A stretch of DNA of 64,000 nt from Octopus bimaculoides (lineage: Eukaryota), in the NCBI RefSeq assembly GCF_001194135.2, contig NC_068984.1, positions 11,800,266 through 11,864,265 of the forward strand, read 5' to 3'. Both the position numbers and the translations under genes were made by a program. The notes below the pieces were generated by a model. That model did no database searches. It saw only the letters and a program-made list of their open reading frames with translations, and had not been told where the DNA came from. Below are positions 1-13,800 of the stretch, piece after piece; within the stretch, counting starts at the first letter, position 1, and each line of letters starts with the position of its first letter.

Positions 1-1199
1 AAGCTAAACAACCGCCACCTTGCTACTTCTATACTGTATTTCGTTCCGTTAAATTAATTTCTCATACATTCCCACAATACACGACTTTCCAACTCTTTAA
101 ACTCGAAATTTACCACAAAATTCTCACTCTTTCTTCCTCACCCCCATTTACTCATAAAAGTTTTTCATATATAGTGATGAAAAGAAAGAATTGAAATGTT
201 AATGTTGAGCGATAATTCCACTTATTAGAATGAAGAAATGCAGTGCCAAACGCCCCTAACCCTTTGCCTGACCAAAGCATTTTCTGAAGTTTGTCCGAAA
301 TGTCCATACTCATTTTCAAACTCTTAGTTGGCACGTGTTTCATACGGTCTTAGTCCCAAGTTACAATAATGGTTGGAAGAAAAAATAGGCAACGATGCAC
401 GGACGCCAGGGAAATATGTAATACAAAGGATGGACAAAGGATTAAATTCAACTCATACAACTGACTGGAAGAAGTTAGTGGACTTGATAAGTATTGATTA
501 CAAGTTGAAAGAGTGTGTTGGGTGGATTTGGTAAAGTGTTGAGAATAAGCCCTGGTGAGATCAAACAATAAATGTGACAATAGTTTGAATAAGTAAGAGT
601 ATTGCGTTGCAAGAACAAAAACCACCTTAATTAGTTGGTACAAGTGGCAGTGTAAAGTCACGCTTAATGACAACCCTTATAATTGCATGTTGGTTAGTTT
701 TTGTCTCCCCCACAACCAACGGATTTTCTCTGGATGATATTTCCCCACGTAGGAATACTGGGCTACAACATCGGGCATATGAACAATGCTCCAGTATGGA
801 ACATATCTTTGCAATGTATACAGTTAGCAGCTTCCCATGACAAGTATTTTGGACTATAAAAAAATAAAATTAGTTATCTAGAAACTGTGATATACAATGT
901 TATGGAGCTTTTTGAAATTTATAACTTAACTATACCTGTTTACGCTTTGAATTTTTTTTTTAAATGAAATGATATGAAAATAACTAAAAAAAACACGAAA
1001 CAATGAACATGGAATGTAAAAATATGCCAAATGAAATTATATAATGTATAGAAGTACTTTATCACATTGGTGGATGAAAACAAAGTTATAGATATTATAT
1101 ATATATATATTAGATTAAACATGCAATCCTCGTGTTAGTGAGAAATTCGTATCTTGAGGTTCTAATGTTAATTTGGTGAGAAATAAATACGTATTTATT

Positions 1200-2109
1200 T
1201 TACAAAACGTAAAAGAAAACATTTCGAAAAAATCGTGTGATAAAGAGGAGTCATGACCAATAATGAGATGAATATGAATGGGGCCAATAATAGTAAATAA
1301 TCTTCGAACGACACGAACCTTTTTACAGACCAGTTGGTAGTTGTTTGTTTAGATAACATTGCAGTGAATGTGCAACAACCATCAAATACTGCGATCGGTC
1401 GTTCGTTCCCCTTAGCGGTGTATGACCAACCATCCAACCCGAGATAAACACTGATGTGTTAGAGCCGAACCGGCAAAAGAGAAAACATTCAGGAGATTAT
1501 TTCACGAGAAATCAATATAAAATTGTGAATAAATTCATGCTTACTTATGATCAACGACTGTTAATAGATATATAAATATAAATGTGCGTGTATTTATATA
1601 TATATTTAAATCCCTTGGACCGGGTAATAAAATAGGAGATAGAAGATAAGCAAGAGCGGAAATGAGAAATAAGCAATATTCCGGTGTCGCTTAAAACCAT
1701 AATAAAAAGAAGCTTACTTCTCTGTAAAGTTTATGAATAATTTATAAATAAATTTAATCAAATGAACGAGTATATATTTTATATGCATACACACACCCAT
1801 ATGTATGTATACTTACATGCATATATAAAATCATGCTCTAGAAAATTCCCCTAATATTGATAATTAAAATATATGCAAGTACATCAACTAATTTCTGCGA
1901 ATTTGCATTTGTAAATAAAAATATTAAAATTTCTTGCGTAACTTTTCTTTTAATAATTGCTGGATTTATTATTAATTATTTGTTTACAAGTTAACACATT
2001 TATAGAATTTTTTTTTATATAACATAACGTGTGTTTCAAGAAATATTGTCAGTCGGGCCAATATAGCGGTTTTTATCTCGTTGTTGTAAGCGGTCGGATT
2101 ACTGAGAGA
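1200..2109 (+). promoter_or_regulatory. Putative promoter/5' UTR region of PRAF3 (CpG-retaining, free of recognisable SINEs)
   Basis: It lies directly upstream of the ATG. CpG dinucleotides are visibly more frequent here than in the intron body. ETS-like cores occur near 1657 (GCGGAAAT) and 1679 (TTCCGG). The TSS cannot be determined from sequence. Confidence 0.45.
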
Positions 2110-2291
2110 ATGATGGCGGACTTGCAGTTAGCTCCACTGCGACCTATTGGCGATTTTCTAATGGAATCGGCACGATTCCAAATGCCAAACATGGTGGAGG
2201 CCGATAAATGGACAAAACGAGTGCTACAGAACCTACTATATTACCAAACAAATTATTTCTTAACGGCTTTATTCGTCTTTTTGATCATCGG
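2110..2291 (+). CDS. PRAF3: PRA1 family protein 3 (PRAF3/ARL6IP5/JWA-like), coding exon 1
   Basis: ATG at 2110 gives MMADLQLAPLRPIGDFLMESARFQMPNMVEADKWTKRVLQNLLYYQTNYFLTALFVFLIIG. It contains the PRA1 hallmarks LRPxxDF and W..RV..NLLYYQTNY. The exon ends at a GG|GTAAGA donor in phase 2. Confidence 0.95.
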
Positions 2292-4511
2292 GTAAGAGTT
2301 GCGACAAAATGTTTATTGTTGGACTTCGCTCATGTGTGTGTGTGTACATGTATGTATATATATATGTGTGTATGTATGTATATATATATACGATGTGTCT
2401 TTTATGAAGATGGTTATTCGCAATGTTTTTGCCTCTGGAAACTGCATTAATTAAATTAACCTTGAACATATATTCGATTATAATTAATATATATATTATA
2501 TTCAATTCATATTATATGTTAAATTATTTATTTCTATATTATTACTTTGGTAATTTAGTTGCAATTATAGAGAACATGTTACAATTTAGTTTGAGTGTGT
2601 TTGTGAACTTTTTAAAGTTTCCTATAATTCTTTGGATCCAGTTCTTTCAAATATACGTTATCAATAATGTTTTCTTATGTTAGCAAGATATGTTCAAAGC
2701 TGATAACGTTTGTCCCACTACATAACATTACTTGTTGATTTTATATTTCGGCGTCAGATCGCACTGGGGTTGCGTGTGTGTGTGTGTGTGTGTGAAGAGA
2801 GAAAATTACTAAACCATGCGTACATGATTTCGTTCATTTTCTGTCAATTCAAGAATAAACTGTAAAAGTCCTGTGACTTCAATAGGATGAGCACCTACAA
2901 AATGGCTATTGGATTATAATAAAAAAAAGAAAAAGGAGAAACTTTAGAAAATTGGTACTTTACTAAAACAATCGATATCGAAGATAGTCAACATATGTTG
3001 AGGAATATTATAGTCTAATAACACTAATTACAAAATATATCGTTTTTGATAATATATATTTGCTTGATGTATTGTTTATTGCTTGTAAACTTAGTTTCCA
3101 CTAGCAACTATTATTGAAACAGTCTTCAGACTCTCGATAGCTAATGCGGGAGTGGTTGTGAGATGAAACACGGTTGCATGTCTGTCTATAGGTCGATATT
3201 TTTCTCTCTCTTCAACATATTTATCTTCCAATTTTCTATTTCTGTGTCGACTGGCCGAAGCACGTAACTGAAAGTATTTCTACTAACTACAATACGTCGA
3301 CTGCTGTGTTCTCTGTCTAATATTCTTGCTTGTTAATTACTTACAGATATAATTACTTCTCAGATTTTATGCTTCATATTTCACTTCATGCAATTTAAAC
3401 GTCTTAAATTTAGGGTGGTGGTTTGGGAAAATACAATATGCTTAAGCTGCATTTTTACGTCTAAATCTATAAAAATTATCACACACGTAAATGGAAATGA
3501 AAGAATCAGAAGTTGTAAAAATTTTTCTTGTTTCTTCTTCATTTTCTATAGATGAAGAAAAGTAGAAAAAAAGAGTTGAAACTAGAATGACATGTTCTAC
3601 TAATCTCTTTAGAACGAACCGTATTTTCCACCTTTTACTAATACACATCAAAAACTTATGTTTACTCATCATTCCTTAATATTTAGAAAATTGGTTTTCC
3701 CACATTATGTCCGAAAGATATTTTTTATTTTAATGATCCCATATATTGTTGTTTTTCTCTTTGTTTTAAACAGGATTTTTAGTCTTGGAATAAATTTGGT
3801 CACGAAGTATTTGAGAGTGAATGATGTGTAAAAGATGAGAATATTATTAAATATAATTCATATTTTGTTGCTTTATGGCCAGAATTTTCTGTTTTTACAC
3901 CTAAAACGAGATACCAAAATTTGGACATTTGAAGGGTAGGTGGGGGTACGATCTTAAACTGAAAGGTTTCCATGTGTTGCTGAAAAATTATTGAGATAAA
4001 ACTATTATTATTAATCTTTCGTTTCCATGAGTAGTTCCGTTCCATCTCCGTTGCCTGTTCTTTAATGTCCATTTTCTCATAGTTAAAAGAGAAAGCAACC
4101 ACCACGAAGCATATTTTTGTCTTATCACCGATCAGTGTAGCAAAAACAGAAAAGAAAAAAATCTGTTACAAAACCAATTTTTGATTTTTATTGTGGTTGT
4201 TTTGTATTTCTAGAATATAGTTTTTGGATTCATTTTCTTTTGTAGTTGTTTTTCATTCTCAATTTACTGACTTCCTTCATAGATTTATTTAACAGTTTAC
4301 AAATATCATATATTGATAAAAAAAAATATTGTATGAAAACTGAACACGTTGCTCCGTGCTTACGTCATTGCAGGCTGGATCTACTTATGACACTCGCTAT
4401 TCTTATTTCATAATTGTTATTAGCAATACTCTATATTTGCTACATCAATAAAGAACAAGACATCGAAAAGTTAATCATAATTGTGTTTTATTGATCAAAT
4501 AATTCTTTCTT

Positions 4512-4800
4512 GTGTGGAAGACGTGTGGCCCAGTGGTCTGGGTGTTCAATTTCTGGACCAGGTAGGGCATGTTGTGTCTTTGAGCAAAGTAATCAGTTCG
4601 CATTTCTCGTCAACTCCGTTGAAAGTGGGTACCTGCTTAGTGCTAGTGTAGCCCTTCTCTCCCCTCAGCTGTCGCATTCTCAATAGTCCACTGGGTCAAG
4701 GCAATCCCAGAGCAGAGTGAGAGTGTCTGCATCTGCTTGTTTATATAAAGGCACCTAAAATGGTGAGCGGAAAGCGTAGTACATGCTACCTGGTCGTGAC
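4512..4800 (+). mobile_element. Degenerate tRNA-derived SINE (minor family)
   Basis: A-box-like TGGCCCAGTGGT followed by a CORE-like GTTGTGTCTTTGAGCAAAG and a GC-richer body. Confidence 0.5.
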
Positions 4801-5220
4801 AGTTATGTTTCGTTTTTGTTTGTTTCTTTGATTCATTCTTAAATTAAGGTTAAGAAAATAAATCGTTTCCTGTCTTGTGAGAATTATTTAAATCTATAAC
4901 TCCAGAACACATAAGGCAAAGCTTCAATTCAAAATAAGCAACTGTGTTATTTGATTCAATGTCTGTCTGTGAGAAATACAGGAAATATCGACTTGACCTT
5001 TAAGAAACTGTATCAGAGATTAGGAAAAGTTTGTCATTCCTTGGTAAAATCTGTTAAAAACAATTAAAAATAAAATAGAATTGTGGCATATTTCTTGGCT
5101 TCTGTCAGTCTGACAAACTACGGAGAATACGTGTGGAGTGGGGTAAATGATGACGAGTCATCATCATCCCAATTTTAATGCATGGGTCAGACAGTTTATT
5201 ATGGCAGATTTCCTATAGGC

Positions 5221-5550
5221 ACAGGTGTGGCTATGTGGTAAGAAGCTTGCTCCCCAACCACATTGTTCCATGTTCGATCCCACTGCATGGCACTTTACTA
5301 TAGCCTTGGGCCAACCAAAGCTTTGCGAGTGGATTTGATAGACACAAACTGAAAGAAGCACATCATGTGTGTGTTTGTCTCCTGCCACTGCTTGACAACT
5401 GGTGTCTGTGTGTTTATATCCCCATCACAATAAAATAAGTACCCGGCTTTATAAAATGCATACTGGGGTTGATTCATTTGACTAAAATTTCTTCAAGGTG
5501 GTGCACCAGCATGGCCAGTCTAATGACTGAAGCAAGTAAAAGATAAAGAT
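5221..5550 (+). mobile_element. tRNA/CORE-SINE family A, diverged copy
   Basis: Head GTGGCTATGTGGTAAGAAGCTTGC...GTTCGATCCCACTG; the tail TGACTGAAGCAAGTAAAAGA is shared with many copies in the window. Confidence 0.75.
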
Positions 5551-6348
5551 AGTTGGAGGCCCTTTCTGTCACCAACCCTAACTTGTTTTCAAGCAAGGTA
5601 ATATTTCACCATAGCCAGACAAGGTTCTGCAGAATATTGGATATGAATGGTACACAATATCTTTTGAAATCACTGTGAAATCCAGCCGTTCACTTGCAGG
5701 CTTGGTTCTGACATAACTAATAGTTTTAAGTGTGTGTTGTTTATGTTGTTTAGCTCGGTCCTAATCAAGTTGACCCATAATCAAAAGTATTCCAATTGAC
5801 CATTCCATCTTCCTAGCACAAGACTTCATTATCCGATGTGTTTTTTTATTATCTAAGACACAAGTGTATGATCTGAAGGAGCATCGGTTATTTTTGTTAG
5901 AAATAGCAGCCAAATCTCCCTTAAATCACACCCTACCATCTTAAGGACATAAGATAATGTCACTTAGGATAAGCAGTGTTTGAATATAAGTTGTGAGGGT
6001 CATGGCAGAAGTACATTCAATCATAGTTCTACTCAGTCAGAGCTGCCTTATGTTTAAATAACGTGGTTTTACTTTGGCTACATACCAGTGCTATTAATTG
6101 TCTGTCCTCTACAGCTTTCTCGACATGCCATGTTGACATGCATCCAGTACATTCCATAAATTAGTTAATGTTAGGAAGGGCATCTAACCATAGAAACCAT
6201 GCAAAAAAATGGGGCATACAAGTGAGACATGGTCCTTGACCAACTGGGAGGTCAGTTTTACTCTGAATAAGAACTGACACTGACCATGATAATCCATACA
6301 ACCCATGCCATTCAAGAATGTGAAATAATGATGATCTTTCATATTTCT

Positions 6349-6385
<37 letters not shown>

Positions 6386-6774
6386 CATCCATTACTTATT
6401 GATTCCATTGGATTTGTTAGTCATTTTGATTTTTGGAGAAATCAAGAACACTATTGATGCTGCTATTGCAGTCTCCTAGCTCAGTGTTTATATTGGTATA
6501 AAAGCTAAAGAAAGTATAGTGTTAAGATAATGTTAATAATTTATGGACAGTGACTTCAAAATTTGTCAGATACCAAATATTGCTAAATATAGGCTGAAAT
6601 TGATTTTTTAAAATACATATTTACTTAGTTATTTAACTGCGTGTTGCATAACAGACAAAATGAAGCAACTAATCCTTTCTTAGTTTATGTAGTTGCTTTT
6701 TTCTTCAGTCAGAGCTTTTGTGTCCAAAAGTTTTAAAATAGCATTTGTGATTCATATCTAGCCATGCCTTAGTA

Positions 6775-7120
6775 TGCTGTGTGGTAAGAAGTTTGCTTCC
6801 CAGCCACCTGGTTTTGAGTTCAGTCCCACTGCATGGCACCTTTGACAAATGTCTGCTTGGTTGACCAAAGCTTTATGAAAAGATGGGAACTGGAAGAAGT
6901 GTGTGTGTGTGTGTGTTTTTGTTTCTGTCTCCTTGCCTTGACTTTGCATGGTAGTTGTAAATGAGTGTCACCATCTTGCAAATGATGTCTATTATCTTAC
7001 TTGGAATTAAGTGAAGGTTGGCAACAGGAGGAGCATCCAACCATAGGAAATTTGCCTCAACAAATTCCATCCAACCCATGCCTGGTTAGGAAAATGAACA
7101 TTAAAACCATGAGGATGATA
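6775..7120 (+). mobile_element. SINE with family-A head and RTE-type tail (family C); further copies at about 10890-11250(-), 20832-21258(+), 26205-26570(+), 28835-29215(+), 35648-35980(+)
   Basis: Same tRNA/CORE head as family A but a different body (GATAGTTGTAAATGAGTGTCACC...). It ends in the AGGAAGGGCATC...CCAACCCATGC tail also seen on the RTE copies. Confidence 0.7.
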
Positions 7121-8179
7121 ACTTCTAACCTTATGTTATCCTTGTTTTGACAAATGTCACCACAAGCTCCCATAGTACACAAGTTTCACTTTGAATTATT
7201 TCTTATTGTTAGCCAGTAAATTCATCTCTCATTTATTATATATAAGATGCTGGCAGAAACGTTAGCACACCGAGCAAAATGCTTAACAGTATTTTGGGGT
7301 CGATAGATTAAGTTCCAGTTGTGTACTNNNNNNNNNNNNNNNNNNNNNNNNNNNNNNNNNNNNNNNNNNNNNNNNNNNNNNNNNNNNNNNNNNNNNNNNN
7401 NNNNNNGTAGAAAAGATTATATATAAGATGCTAGTCTTTCACTGGTATTGTACATCTACTGTGTATTTTCAAGCATCCTGTTAAACCGAAACTAAGTGTT
7501 CTGTAGCTGTGAAAGAAGATCCTGAAGCTGTTACTATTTTGAATATGTGATGCTACATAATAATCCTTGCTACTTATAGGTACAAGGCCTGAAGTTTGGG
7601 AGAGGGGGATAGTCAATTACATCAACTCCAGTATTCAACTGGTACTTAATTCATCAACCCTGAAAGGATGTCTGGCCATGGGGAAATATGACCTACCTTG
7701 GAAACAAGTGAGGCTTGGCTACAGGAAGGGCATTCAGCCATAGAAAATCCCTTCTGACCCATGCAAACATGGGAAAGTGGATGTTAAAACAAATCTGTGT
7801 AGGAGAGATAAGTATTGATATGAGCATGTGATGTAAGGTGCTGTTTGTTGGTTGTAAAGTGGAAGCAAGTCAGGTTTTGGGATATTTGGTGTCACAGATA
7901 AGACAAAGAAACTTACCATGTGACATTCTATCCAACTCCTGTCAGTGTATAGAACATTAATATTAAACCAATAACAGCCCTGAACAATCAACTGTTGAAT
8001 AAACAGTTGATTGTCCTGGGCTGTGTTTCACTCCTGCCTCTTCAATTTCTATTGTACTACATGCTTATAAACTACTATTTATAAAAATGAAATAGAAATG
8101 TAGAGTGGGTGGTCATCATTTTATATTTATTTATTTGCAAGTTTATATCTTGTTCAGACATTAGTTTTGTTTGTCGTAA

Positions 8180-8525
8180 CCTATCTTTCAGCCATGGGAC
8201 TGTGACCATGCTGGGGCACCACCTTGAAGGATTTTAGTCAAACAAATCAACTTCGTTTTTTTTTAAATCTGGTACTTATTCTATTGGTCTCTTTTGCTGG
8301 TTTGTTAAGTTATGTGGACATAAACAAACCTGCACCAGTTATCAAGGATTGAGAGACCAGTGACAAACACAAACATGAAGCACACACACTTATATGACGG
8401 GCTTCTTTCAGTTTCCATCTAAGCAAATTCTCTCACAAGACATTGGTTCCCAAGGTGCTATGTAGTGGGACTGAACCCAAAACCACATGGTTGCTAAGCA
8501 AGCTTCTTAACCACAGAGCCACACA
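8180..8525 (-). mobile_element. tRNA/CORE-SINE family A copy
   Basis: Reverse complement of the family-A head, microsatellite linker and tail. Confidence 0.75.
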
Positions 8526-9879
8526 TCCATCAGAATACCCTGTGCAGTCACTGGTATTAAGCAACAATCTATACTTACATTATAATTGATCTACCTATAA
8601 ATGATTTCTGATTTAGGCATAAGGTTAGTAGTTTTGAAGTGAGAAGGCTTAGTGGATTACATCAACCCCAGTATTTTATGCAAAAGGTTGAAAGATTTTT
8701 GTCCAATGCTCTAATGATTCTACCAACTGCACTGCCTACATCTATCTATGAATGATACTTACTAGTTGTTATCATTACAAATTGTTATTGCAATACCCAT
8801 CCTAATTTTGATAAATCAACCAAGATTGAAAAACTTATGAAAGTGAATCCTAGTTGTGTTTTATTGGTCAATTCTTAAATAATATATATAAAAAATAAAT
8901 CCCAGAAAAGTTAACTACTTAACTTTTGAATGCTGTTAACAGAAAACATATGGCAAAATAGAGTTATTAAATATTTTAGAAGACAGCTGAGTTAGGACGC
9001 AATGTTAAACACATTGCTTTTTTGTTACAGTACAGAAACTAAAATTTTCACAAATACACTACTATGATTAATTATCATAAATAGAACAAGGAGAATCTTC
9101 TCCTTCCTGCTTGTGGCTGCTAGGCTAAAAGATATTGATAAGCAGGGCAATATAGTAGAACCTCAGGGCATAATTGCAAAAGCATGTAATGGGTGCAGGT
9201 GTAGCTGTATGGTTAAGAAGTTCACTTCATAACTGCATTGTTTCAGGTTCAATCCCACTGTGCAGCATTTGAGTAAATGTTTTCTACCCATTGCCTTAGC
9301 TTTTTACCAAAGCTTTGTGAGTGAAATTTGGTAGATGAAAACTAGAAGCTCCAGTTTAATACTGTCACTTGATCCTTGGGTGCCTTTGGCAAAGTCCATT
9401 CCACTACAAGCATTTAGGCCATGTCTCCCTTCTAAGAATAACTTCATTCCCTCCATCTTGGCAGTCCTGAAAGGGTCATAAATGCTTCCCTTCATTTTCT
9501 ATATCATTTTTTTTTTCAATAAGCAGCTTTATTTTTAGTGGGTAAAAAATTTTGTGTTGTTTCATGACACTATCAGTCATTTCAAATGTTATATACAGTA
9601 TATATACATATATAACATTTACATATTGTGTGTGTGTGTGTGTGTATACACTCACACAGACATTGGTGCAAGCATGTCTATGTTTAAGAATGCTTTCCAA
9701 TCATATTGTTTTGGGTTCAATCCTACTGCATGCATCTTGGGCAAGTGTCTTCTACTATATGCTCAGGCCAACATAAACCATGCGAATAGATTTGGCAGAC
9801 AGAAACTGGCAAAAAGAACCTGTTTTATACACACACACACACATGGAAAACAAACCTCACCCAGCTATTCTGATTATAT

Positions 9880-10160
9880 TTCTGTGCACACGTTTGAATG
9901 TGGTGTGTGCCAGAGGGTTTGCAAATCCAATGGGGGTCTTAAAAGACATGTTAGGATCCACAATGAGCAGAACTTACTTGCAGGTATTGGTAGTGCAAAT
10001 CAGAGGTGCAATCTGTGTGGGTGTTTTTTCAAAACACTGTCTGGTTTAAAAAGCCACATCAGACGCCATGAAAGGGCTAAGGTGTAGGTGCAGGAGGTGG
10101 TCAAACTCTGTTTAAGGAGTAGACAACCACCATATATATATACATATATATATATATATA
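9880..10160 (+). mobile_element. 3' end of a LINE (probably RTE clade) encoding two C2H2 zinc fingers
   Basis: The open frame reads FECGVCQRVCKSNGGLKRHVRIH...CNLCGCFFKTLSGLKSHIRRHERAKV-stop (stop ends at 10087). A short GC-richer UTR and a (TA)n tail follow. C-terminal Cx2C...GLxxH fingers are typical of RTE-type ORFs. Confidence 0.65.
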
Positions 10161-10299
10161 GTTAATTCGAGGAGGTTATATTCTCTTTGCGGATTAAATA
10201 ATTCAAAGTTTACCACTGGTTAATCCCTATCGTATAATGCAAGGGTCATTGGTATATGTTAGGGATTATTGATGTTATATGTTATCAATATTGAGGAGG

Positions 10300-10810
10300 A
10301 AAAAGAAAATGGAGAAATATTGGATGTATGAATAATTTATTTGCATGTTATAAAATGATGAAAATTTGTTTTAAAAGACATAACAGTACAAATAAATTGA
10401 TTACAAGTTGTAAAACTCGAACAATAAAATAAAGAAACCTACATATATGTTTTGGTCCTATCACCGAAGTTGATCAGAATTTCCAAGCATTTGGTTAAAT
10501 GCTAAGAAAGGTATTGTGTTTTAACTATATAGTGGTAGGACTTCTTAAGGGTCAGTTCAGAGCTCATGGTTACTTAAGTTCCATGAACTCTGAATTGACC
10601 CTTAAGAAGTCCTACCACCATACAGTTAGAACATGATACCTTTCTTAGCTTTTAACCAAATGCCTGGAAATTCTGATCAACTGTGTGTTAGGACCGAAAC
10701 ATATATGTAGGTTCCTTTATTTTATTGTTCAAGTTTTACAATTTGTCATCATTTTATAACATGCAAATAAATTATTCATACATCCATTATTTCTCCATTT
10801 TCTTCATTTT
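10300..10810. mobile_element. Foldback element (arms about 230-270 bp, 11-nt loop) with degenerate hammerhead motifs; Penelope-like pLTR pair
   Basis: 10300-10569 is the reverse complement of 10581-10810, apart from an extra ~40 nt in the left arm. The right arm carries GAAATT-CTGATCA-...-GAAAC-ATATAT-GTA-GGTTCC. Confidence 0.75.
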
Positions 10811-10817
10811 TCTTCCT

Positions 10818-10852
<35 letters not shown>

Positions 10853-13800
10853 ATAGGTGTGTGTGTGTATAATCATTTTCATGTCTACTTTTCCATGCTT
10901 GCAAAGGTTGGACAGAGTTTGTGACAGATTTTCCATTGTTGGAGGCCCTTCCTATCACCAACCCTCAACTGTTTCTCCCTGGGTTAGGCATGTTTCCACA
11001 GAATATTGAAAATGAATGACACTGCTTGTATGACAGTGAAACTCATTTACAACTATCATATGACATAAAGACAAAGAAACACAAGCATTCATATATACAC
11101 ATACATACAATGGGCATCTTTCAGTTTCCATTTACCAAATCTGCTAAGACTTAGGTTGGCCCATGGGTATAGCAGAAGACACTTGTTCAAGGTACCACGC
11201 AGTGGGACTGAACTTGAAACCATAGAGTTGGGAAACAAACTTCTCAATCACATATATGCATGTGCTTACATGCACGTGTCAGTGTGAGAGCTATGGGTGC
11301 TGATGCTACCATTTCTCTTGTGAACTGGTCATGTGCTGGTCTTGTGCCTTCAAAAACCTGTGGAATAAAGATATCCCTTACTTGGAAAACAGGTATGGGT
11401 GAGCAACAGGAAGAACATTCAGCTGTAAAACTGCACCTCTATAATATATTCATCTAACCTATTCATGCAAAAATGAATTCATAATTTGTTACAGCAAAGA
11501 GCATAGAAATTTCATACATGACTTCAACTGTAGTTTCAAATTTAAAGAAATTCAAAACAGTTCTTATTCAGAAAGCCAAAACTAGTCAGTAGTTAAATAT
11601 AAAAACATATTTTCTCTTGTAAATACTGATGAAATATTTAACCCTTTTGATGTCATCCCCCCCCCCCCNNNNNNNNNNGACTGACCTATTTCTATAACAC
11701 ATAAACTCTCACTTTACAGTTTCCATATTTATATTCAAACCTTCTGTTTATTTTTATGTAAGAACTGTTTATGTTCTAAACACCATGTTAATTGTGATAA
11801 AGTAATTTCGCTAAGCCATTCCAAATTTTTGCTTATCGAAAAAAAAATAGTAGGTAAAAATCATCATCATCATCATCATCTAACATGTTTTCCATGTTGA
11901 CATGGGTTGGACAGTTTGACAGGAGCTGGCAAACCACAGAGCTGTACCTGGCTCCAGTTATCTATTTTGGCATGGTTTCTACAGCTGGGTGCCCTTACTA
12001 ACACCAACCACTTTACTGAGTATACTGGGTGCTTTTTACATGGCACAGGATTGAATAAATCCTACCTGTGTAGGTGATACATGGTTATCACAGCTGGAAA
12101 GGAAGAAAAGAGATGTTGGTGATGAGGTATCAGGGCATAACCTCAATGTGCTAAAAGGTGAATATAGGAAACAAAAGGGACAGAGGATCGGAAAGGGGTG
12201 GGTAGGTATGTTCATAAGAGTGTGGAAGGGGAGTGACCGATGGTTATATAAAATGATAGGTTTAGAAACTAATATATTGGATAATAGTAGATTATTTAGT
12301 CATGCATCAACTGTATGATACTGTGTTAAACATGACTTCATGATTCTAAGACAATTTAATCACCAAAATTTAGAGTTGGATTATATATGTATAGCCTTTT
12401 ACAGTATAAAGCTTTACCTGCACATGCAAATACTAAAGAAAAAAAACAAGCAATGAGGGTGCCTCTTAGAGGTCATTCAACCTGCTAGAAATCACTGGCC
12501 AATCTTCCTTGAATGTCATCCTATTATGTTAAATAAAGGACCCATAGGCTAATGTGATCTTACATACCTCTAAAAAAATAAAAGAGCTGGGGGAGGAAAG
12601 AACTGGATTATCATGGTTGGCTGGAATGCCTTTCATCATAAATCTGCTCAATCAGATCTAACTTGAGGCTAAACAACACCAAAAACCATGGATGTAAAAC
12701 TGGTGGTGGTGGTCGTTATTACGAGCTGTGAGATGGTAGAATCAGTATAGTGTTGGTATTTCTTCCAGTTCTGAGTTCAAATCTGAGTTCAAAGTCAAGA
12801 TCTCTCCATGGTTGTTAAATAAAGTACTAATCAAGTAGAGGGATTCCCCTATTCCCCTTCAAAACTGCAGGTCTTATGCCTAGATTAGAACCCATTAATA
12901 TCATTTAGCTGTCAATACAAGAAAATCTTTGCAACCATGTTCCAAAGAATTTGCTCTTAGAAAGTATTAGGAATTTTTATCTGCTAGTAATATAAAATTA
13001 GGAGGTAGGATCCATGCTGGAAATAACAAGAAAACCTCGTCTGCTGGACATTGATAGTTATATTATAACTGGATGACTGTGTCTAGTAACCATTTGGTAC
13101 GTGTATTCTATAGGGACAAAATGGCTGCCAAGTCTTTAAAATCAGAAAGTAGATGCCAAAGAGATTGCCATATATTTGCAAGAATGCATATGCATTATGC
13201 TGGAAGCTTTTGGGCTTCAGCAAACTAATGATATTCACTTATGAATCCAGAAATTTCCTCAATATTTCCATGGCAACTATTCTGTGCTATATGCAAATTA
13301 CAGAATGAATGGGAACAGTATGAAAATTGGATAAGGAAATTAAGGTCGTATGATTCATATTTTATTAATATTTATTAATTTTTGGATAGTCACATAGCAA
13401 AAGATTGGATCTGTTTTGAGCTGCACCATTCCTGTGGCTTAAACAGTTGGGCATTGACGAGATAAAGGAAAAAATTGATTTTTCTATGGAAAAATCTGAA
13501 GCCATTTCTAGTGGAGAAATGTTAGCTGACTCGACCAACCACTTATTTTGATTTTTAAAACTTAAATATTTATATAGTTGCCAAAATACTTACAATCTAA
13601 CCTTTTTTTTTTTTTTTTTTGTCTCATATTTCTGTTGAAATACACTGCTTTTGGTTTCTATTCATTCTTAAAATAATGAAGAATTTAGTAAAATAACTTT
13701 GTCAATATTAAACTAGTTTTTTTAACAAATTAACCTAAAATTTTGATTTTAATTTAAATCACTTTAAAACAGGAAATTTGTGTCATAGAACCAGAGGCAG

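Noticed and set aside
152-862. - strand ORFs 152-343 and 350-673 as an upstream gene
   Set aside because: No recognisable domain or consistent exon chain.
3085-3135. CUGAAGA...GAAAC-UAA-GUU on the - strand
   Set aside because: There is no convincing stem I or stem II pairing and no associated inverted repeat.
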